Notes under the pieces: generated by a model
What the model was told of the DNA's origin: nothing
Database searches by the model: none
Seen by the model: only the letters and a program-made list of their open reading frames with translations
In this document: positions 57,603-64,000 of the stretch, one piece after another
How positions within the stretch are numbered: the stretch's first letter is position 1
Layout: each line of letters opens with the position of its first letter
Position numbers and translations under genes: made by a program
NCBI GenBank assembly: GCA_040954595.2
Contig: CM082595.2
Location: 2,172,635 to 2,236,634, forward strand
Direction: 5' to 3'
Source: Balanoglossus misakiensis
Lineage: Eukaryota > Animalia > Hemichordata
DNA: 64,000 nt

Positions 57603-57801
57603 AAATTGCTTTCAAGGAAAATTTCCTGTATCTATAATCAAAACACAGCAGATGGATATTGAAGGAAACAGACAAGAGAAACTAAAAATAAACACCATTT
57701 CTGGTTGTTTTTATTTGTCTTATTCATTCTTACCATATCCACTAGACTTTATACTAGAAGAATGTAAACATTTATCCAATTAAAAAAAACATAGCAATAT
57801 T

Positions 57802-59550
57802 CTAGTACTTGTTTTCAAAGGGATTACCGCCAAGTCTTGGGTACAATGAACTCAGAACTTGATCTATTTCTTGAAATGCCTGAAAATTAGAAAAGATAGA
57901 AAGTCCAGTCAGGAAAACATGTAGTGTCTAAAATTGCACAGGCAACAATAGTGAGAGGTTGTAATGTAATTTTTGCTAGCTTACCTCCGCTGTAGTTTGT
58001 GTCGATATACGGATGACAGCTCCATTGATGTGTTCTCCGTTCACTGTGTAGTTCAAATTGCTTACACTCACCATTTTGCTGCTGTCATACTTGGAACCTG
58101 GAGAAGAGAAACACAATTGGTTTTTCACGAGTGGTAATGGCTTTTAGTGTTACTGAGAATTAGCGTGAGAATACAAAAACCTTACCATATGGTTTACGTT
58201 TTCCAATACGAGATGCAACTTCCTCGCATAGTGATTTCAGTTGTGGCCCTAGCAACACACACATAGCAACCACACAGAAACTACCCATGGCTTGTTTCAC
58301 CAATATGGTAGGTCTGTCATCCATTGTTACAGCGTCTCTGAACACCAAGCTGTCTTCCAAGTATATTGAGTTTTGACTGGAATATCTGTGTGAAAATATT
58401 ATGGAAGACGTAAAGTATTGGGAGATGTGTTCCAACAAAAGGCAACCCTAGACATTGACCCCCTCCAATTACCCACAATCCCATGCACATACCTACCTCG
58501 TGAACTGCCAAAACTCTCCACTTGCTATTCTACCTGCTGTCAGCCAGTCAAGTAAAATCAGATTTGAATTCTTGGATAGATGAATTACCTGTGATGTTGA
58601 AACATGATATTGAAGAAAAATGTAGAAAAATATTGTCATAATCTCACCAAATATTGCAAGTCGTATATACACAAGTGAATAAAATATTGAAATTTACATG
58701 TATGTGTGTATGTATCCATTTACCTGAGATTGTTGATACCTAGCATTGTTGAAACACACAATAGGATCAGGTAAAACGGCCAATAACCCATCAGATTCTA
58801 CTTTTGCAGTGAGAGTTTGTTTACTCACCAGGCCATCAGACTTGTAAATCTAAAAATCAAAAAGTTTCATTAGCCCAAAATTCAATTTACAGTGGTAAAA
58901 TGCAGTGATGCAAAAATGTACTATGATGTGTTTTACTGGAAAATCCAGCCAAAGATGAATTGAAAGTTAACAAAATAAATTGAATGAAATATGTATGAAC
59001 AGATTCACTTCTAATTTTCATAGGCAATACCTTTGTTGAACCTTGTGTAGTCATGACAACACAGCATCCTGTTCCTACGGTGATATTCAAATTGATATCA
59101 TCTCCCGCGAGTAGGCCGCCACCATAGGATATTGGGTACAACCACTTTGCATTTGATCTGCTGGCGTGCTTCGGTATCATTAATTTCAGCTGTTAATTAG
59201 TCAAGAGAATGGCTGGGGATAATCTTGTCTGAGATGTGGTAAACCTTTTTATTTTTCTGAATCATTTATGCGTCTAGATTTTTGTTCAACAGAAAATGAT
59301 ACTGATCGATTAATCAAGATCCCAGAAGCTTTGGATGAACCCAACATGTTCTTACCGGATAGGAATATTGTAAATTAGAAACATATGATTGTCTGTTTCC
59401 ATGGCAATCTGTTTTATCTTCATCAGCAGCCGGTTGAAATTCTGCATACCCAACTGCATGTGGGCGCTGCTCTTCAGGGTCGAATTTCAACCGTTCTGGA
59501 CAATCTTCGACAACTTCTGGCGATAAAGTGTTGATGTTGTGGTTGAGCAT
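57802..59550 (-). CDS. ureD: Urease accessory protein D (UreD/UreH), multi-exon
   Basis: Spliced product: ...LQYSYP|LKLMIP...WLYPISYGGGLLAGDDINLNITVGTGCCVVMTTQGSTK|IYKS...LLAVLPDPIVCFNNARYQQSQ|...LILLDWLTAGRIASGEFWQF...LVFRDA...CVLLGP...GGNPFENKY*. The YPLK, YGGGLxxGD, TTQGSTKIY, LPDP and DWLTxGR motifs are diagnostic of eukaryotic UreD. Introns are GT-AG. Confidence 0.93.
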
Positions 59551-59993
59551 TCCATGCGATCTAGTTGGTGCACTGAAATCAGATCAGCAAGTCGGTTATC
59601 AATAGATACTGGGCTGATCATGCATGGTGCGTTGGTAGAGAAAAGGAGATGTCTGATTTCGTCTGCTGCGAATTTGAATATCTTGTTCGTTTTAAACGTC
59701 TGCCGTACAAATTACTGGGTCTTTCTAAATGAAATCATGAACCCCACAGAATTAAACTTTCAAACTGTTTACCTTCTTGTTCAAACCGATCAATAACAAC
59801 CACACAAAGCTGGGAAATAACGACGATCAACTCTTAGTGGAGGAGTGACCCTGGGCTGTCTGCTGCGACTAGGAGAGTAGTCAGGTGACTGGTACATTTA
59901 GCCAATGACAAGACGTATATAAAAGTCACCTGATAGAGGTCAAAGGTAATATGTTCGCTACCACGTGAAAGTGGCCTTCGGCTGTATTGAATA
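59551..59993. promoter_or_regulatory. Putative bidirectional promoter of ureD and ureF
   Basis: 443 bp between the divergent ATGs. It contains TCAGGTGACT (59881) and its inverted copy AGTCACCTGA (~59924) flanking CCAAT (59902) and TATATAAAA (59916), a DR1-like AGGTCAAAGGTA (59937) and a CACGTG (59962). Confidence 0.6.
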
Positions 59994-61819
59994 ATGTCAA
60001 ACCTACTTTCTCTGCTCCAGATAGCGGATTCAGGTTTGTAGCATTGGCATGTTAGTTTAGAGTGAAGTATTAAGTGTGTATAATACGAATATTTGTTCGG
60101 TGGATAGTTGGTAGGGCTACGAACTCGCAGCAACTTACGGGCATGTACAGCGTGTGCATATGATCTAATGACTCGTTCCGCCATTCATTGACACTGACCA
60201 TACATAACATTTGTTTCTTGGTACAGCATTCCCAACTGGTAGTTTTTCCTACAGCCTTGGCTTAGAAGCAGCTTTTCAACAAGGTCACACAAACGGGACA
60301 GCCAAGTTCCAAGACTTTATCATGTGCTGCTTGGAAAACGCAGGTAATTCTGATCTAACAGTGGTCCAGGGTACTCTCTGGGGAAGTATGTATAGCACAG
60401 TGACTTTTTTAATAGCACAATATATCTGGTCTCCTATGAAAATATTAATGGTAAATGAATTGGACGGATGAAGCTGTAAGGGAGCTTTCAGTTATTATGA
60501 GGGGGGTGGGCCAGGGGACATTGGGGACGACCTCCATCACGTATAGTGTGGCCCTCCCCATTTCCTCTGGTCAACCCCTTAATATCTCCATTTGTATTTT
60601 CTGGTTACAGGTTCTTTCAGTTTGCCGTTTGTCAGAGCAGCTTACGAGAAAAGTGGCAACATTACTGAGATTCAAAGGATTGACAGTTTCTGTGAAGCCT
60701 GCATAAACAATCATGTAGAAAACAGAGCAAGTCGTAGACAGGTAATAATGGTCTCCTTACCCCATACCTTTAATGCCTAAGACAAGGAATTGACATGGTG
60801 AATTGACCTTTGACATGATCTTACTGAACAAAAATCTCGTTTCAGGGCAACTCCTTAGTTGTGACGGCAACGCAAACATTTTCAGATGAAAGATTTAACA
60901 AATTTCAGGTAAGGCTGTGGTAAACTTTCATACCAGTACATTGTTACCAACCAATCTTTGTGCAAAGTCATAAGTTTCATGTTGGGATGTAGGAGTATTC
61001 TTTTTCACTTGTCCATTCTTATGTCCGAAGAACTTATTCTTTAATGTCTCTCTACTCTCCTCAGCAAGCCATTGACGACAAGGAGATGCAGGGACACTAT
61101 GCTGTAATGTTTGGTTGCACCTGTGCGTATCTTGACATCAGCGAGGGCGCATGTCTTGAAACGTTCATGTTTGGAGTGTTGAGAACTATCATGGCCAGTG
61201 CTGTCAGACTTGGAACAGTAGGTGCTTTGGAGGCAAGTTTTACATTCCCGCATTATTTAAAATAACTTAGGGCACTAAGTCCATTGGCATACACTACATA
61301 GTTTGTCAGTAGGCTGTGTCTTCAACCCTTTCACCCCCAGTTCCCCCTTTAGAGGTCCATCCTAACCATGGAAAACAATGGGTTTGGACTGAACCATAGT
61401 GGTGAAGGGGTTGACTTACACATCCTCTCAAAACCTCTATAGGAACACTGATTACATTTCAGCGAAACCTGTCTTCTTTTGGTACACTCTATATGATCCA
61501 CTTTTGTTTTTTCTTCTTTACAGGGACAAAGACTTCAGTATGAGTGGCAGAGTGTTATTCCAGATATTATCACCAGGTAAGTCTCAATGTTGACTGATTC
61601 ATTGTATGTGTTCTTCATTTCACTGGGCTACTTAACCCTATTTTAATTATTTTGATTATTATTTATTTTATTTTTTTCTCATTCATTTGATTATTATTTA
61701 TTTTATTTTTTGTCAGAAATATGGACAAACCAATTGAAGAGGCCTACCTATCTTTTCCATTGGTTGACATCATTGAAAATACCCATGATACTTTGTTTTC
61801 GAGATTGTTTCATTCCTAG
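59994..61819 (+). CDS. ureF: Urease accessory protein F (UreF), multi-exon, one GC-AG intron
   Basis: MSNLLSLLQIADS|AFPTGSFSYSLGLEAA...GSFSLPFVRAAY...NNHVENRASRRQ|GNSL...GHYAVMFG...FMFGVLRTIMASAVRLGTVGALE|GQRLQ...FPLVDIIENTHDTLFSRLFHS*. The LQxADSAFPTGxFxxSxGLE, ASxxQG, SAVRL and HxxLxSRLFxS motifs are diagnostic. Confidence 0.95.
61322..61414. mobile_element. Small MITE-like element (piggyBac-like ends) in a ureF intron
   Basis: 14 bp terminal inverted repeats TCAACCCTTTCACC / GGTGAAGGGGTTGA with one mismatch. The internal CAATGGGTTTGGACTGAAC recurs in reverse complement at ~138-156, and a similar end (GGTGAAAGGGTTAA) occurs at ~9768. Confidence 0.55.
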
Positions 61820-62143
61820 CAGAAAATGAAATTTGCCAACATCTATTTATTCATTATCTTGAAACAAGTTTGCCTATGTACAAACACAAATGAAATGTTA
61901 TCTTCGACAGAAATGAAAATAAAATATTTTTGTTTCAACAGAAGGTCTGAGCAAGCAAGTAAGAGATGTAAGGTTGGTACAAATACCTTTTTTCAGTTTT
62001 GTGTGTGAATGTGAATGGGTGAGCCACTTATTCTCAGAAGAAACTTAAAATTTATACAGTCAAACCTGTGTTAAAGGCTACCTGTCAATAATGGCCAATT
62101 AAGGAAAGTCCCATTTCAACGCAATTACCCAAAGTAACTGATT

Positions 62144-63628
62144 CTACGACAACCATCTCTCGATAAAAGTCTTCTTTTTCACGTGTTCCATGTTTTCACA
62201 AAAACTCAAGTCAATTTCAGTGGGGTTCTCGGTCCGATCTCTGAGAATTTCTTCTAAACAGTCGATGGCAATCGCATCAAAGTCTATATGAAATTTATTA
62301 GCAAACATTTGCGGTTGCTGGACAATGCGAGGCAGGTCGCGTACCGTGAATATGCAAATTTCTCTGACGTATACACCATAGCAGAAAATGTCGCTCGCAT
62401 CTGATCGTTTTCTCCACAACTTTTCCCGTGTGATGTCCTCCTTCGTGTCGAATTGAAACCCGCCGGGAGCGTCCGCAAGTCTGCTGAGAGTGGAAAAGTA
62501 ATGTTCATCCGGGCACGCTGTGTCGGGTAACCAATCCTGCAGTGCTTTTGCACGCTCATCCTTAACTGCAAATTCTACAAAATCTCTGGTCATTGTGACG
62601 TGAAACTCTCCCTTGTATATTGTTAAATTTCTTGGCGGGGGTGTTTTAAATCTGAGGGGCATTTTTCGAAAGAGGTCGCCCCTCCGAAGTACGTATTCAT
62701 AGAGTTGTCTTCCCGGGTGTGGGTTCCTGATGCTGTGAATGTCATTTTGTCCGTTCAGAGTTTTCAGCATTTGCACGATCTCCAAGTTGGTCTTCAGGGG
62801 GAAGTCTTGCCCGCAGAGGTTGATGTAGTACTTCCAGGATCTCCGCCGTTTTAACAGATCCTTCATACAGTTCAGTTCCGCCTGCAGGACGCTGAATGTA
62901 CAGTGCGTGACGGTCTCCAACTTGGAGGCAACGAACACGTTGTCAAAGCAACTGGCGATGTACTTCATCGCGTTGATGGTTTCCAGGGGAGACTTAGCGT
63001 CCACGTGGATGCAGTACGAGTTTTGTGGCATGTAGATCGTGCGTAGCAACTGCTCGGCCTGCTGGGCAGACTTGTACATTAAAATGCTGTAAGCTATCGG
63101 GAACTCCGCTTCGAGACGGGAGCGTGGTGTGCTGTAATATCCCCCATTTTCGCGGAATTTCGCACAATCCAGGGTCATCTCGTAGTAATCTTCATCCTCA
63201 ATTATATTCCGCTGTGAGAATCTCTGTATTCTCCCCATCTTAAAATTAATTAATAAGTCCTCAATTTTCCAAGATAAAATTTCACGACAGGTAAAGTTCA
63301 TACCAAAGTCCTCCCTCTTCTTCTGCAATTTTGCGATCGCCTTTTTCGCGAAATTCTCGTCATTATTTAGAGTATCGCTTTCGGGGAAAGTGTCGAAATC
63401 GTCACCGATGTTCTCATAACCTTCCACGCGAAGTAGTTTCCATGGTAACGATTTCTTAACATCAAGGCGGAGTTTTAGATTACTGCCGATAAACAAAACC
63501 TGTATAAACCCGACGACTATCAACACCACCGTCATTATTTTCAAGCGTTTACGTAGTCTGGTCTCCCCGCCTGGATTTTCGTTCCCATATTCGTTTGGCG
63601 CACGTTGTTTCCTTGGAAACACCATCAT
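62144..63628 (-). CDS. GCNT: Beta-1,6-N-acetylglucosaminyltransferase (core-2/I-branching, GT14), single coding exon, type II membrane protein
   Basis: N-terminal TM (VVLIVVGFIQVLFIG), then EAEFPIAYSILMYK, LLRTIYMPQNSYCIHVDAKS, LQAELNCMKDLL, WKYYINLCGQDFPLKTNLEIV, PDEHYFSTL, REICIF and FANKF. First in-frame ATG is at 63628. Confidence 0.95.
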   Translation of the reverse strand: MMVFPRKQRAPNEYGNENPGGETRLRKRLKIMTVVLIVVGFIQVLFIGSNLKLRLDVKKSLPWKLLRVEGYENIGDDFDTFPESDTLNNDENFAKKAIAKLQKKREDFGMNFTCREILSWKIEDLLINFKMGRIQRFSQRNIIEDEDYYEMTLDCAKFRENGGYYSTPRSRLEAEFPIAYSILMYKSAQQAEQLLRTIYMPQNSYCIHVDAKSPLETINAMKYIASCFDNVFVASKLETVTHCTFSVLQAELNCMKDLLKRRRSWKYYINLCGQDFPLKTNLEIVQMLKTLNGQNDIHSIRNPHPGRQLYEYVLRRGDLFRKMPLRFKTPPPRNLTIYKGEFHVTMTRDFVEFAVKDERAKALQDWLPDTACPDEHYFSTLSRLADAPGGFQFDTKEDITREKLWRKRSDASDIFCYGVYVREICIFTVRDLPRIVQQPQMFANKFHIDFDAIAIDCLEEILRDRTENPTEIDLSFCENMEHVKKKTFIERWLS

Positions 63629-64000
63629 GGTATCACATTGCAAACAAGAGTCTTTCGTTTACTGTATAGTGACAATTTTCTGATAAATCGCGATTTGGAA
63701 AATATCTCATTCCAGTATGATCAGTTTGACAAGCCTAAAAATAGGAAAAGTAAAACAGAATTCATATCATTTGTTATTATGAAAGCGCAAGTTAACCCAT
63801 AGAAAATTTCGCAGCAGGAACAATCGCCGACTTAGACAAAATACCATCGATTTCTGAGGACGTATAATGCCGTCCCATCGACCCTATAAATTGTAAACGA
63901 TATTATTCGCTGATATCTGCCGAGACCAGTGCGAAAGGCAACAAATCTCCCCTTGAACATCGAACACCAGGCAATGACTTTCACACATGTGATGAACGCT

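Noticed and set aside
57802-61819. ureD/ureF as bacterial contamination or a recent horizontal transfer
   Set aside because: Both genes have multiple spliceosomal introns, host-like composition and a host-type MITE, and abut NOL7 with interleaved poly(A) signals.
62055-62100. TACAGTCAAACCTG... Tc1/mariner-like MITE end
   Set aside because: No matching opposite terminal repeat was found nearby; too little evidence to call.
62144-63628. Intronless GCNT as a novel retrogene
   Set aside because: Single-exon coding regions are normal for several GCNT family members, and no poly(A) remnant or target-site duplication is visible.

Overview
This is gene-dense, intron-rich eukaryotic (animal) DNA, most likely from a marine invertebrate bilaterian; the exact taxon cannot be fixed from the sequence. 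Most ORF-track entries are exon fragments or antisense shadows. Splicing by eye gives 15 protein-coding genes in this order: GSTK1(-, partial), SIX6OS1/C14orf39-like(+), SPAG7(-), POLR2D(+), RCC2(-), C7orf25-like(+), polyhomeotic PHC(+), NOC2L(+), SAND+SAM SAMD11-like(-), class I GLUT SLC2A(+), PUS3(-), NOL7(+), ureD(-), ureF(+), GCNT-type GT14(-). Most notable: (i) spliced urease accessory genes ureD and ureF sit head-to-head on a ~440 bp spacer in an animal genome; (ii) PUS3 has two alternative in-frame first exons, one resembling a mitochondrial presequence; (iii) an invertebrate SIX6OS1 synaptonemal-complex gene carries a U12-type intron; (iv) a PHC-NOC2L-SAMD11-SLC2A block mirrors vertebrate linkages; (v) a direct-plus-inverted repeat element lies in a SAMD11 intron. 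No CRISPR arrays, rRNA or intact tRNA were seen. Homology calls are from recalled motifs, not database searches.
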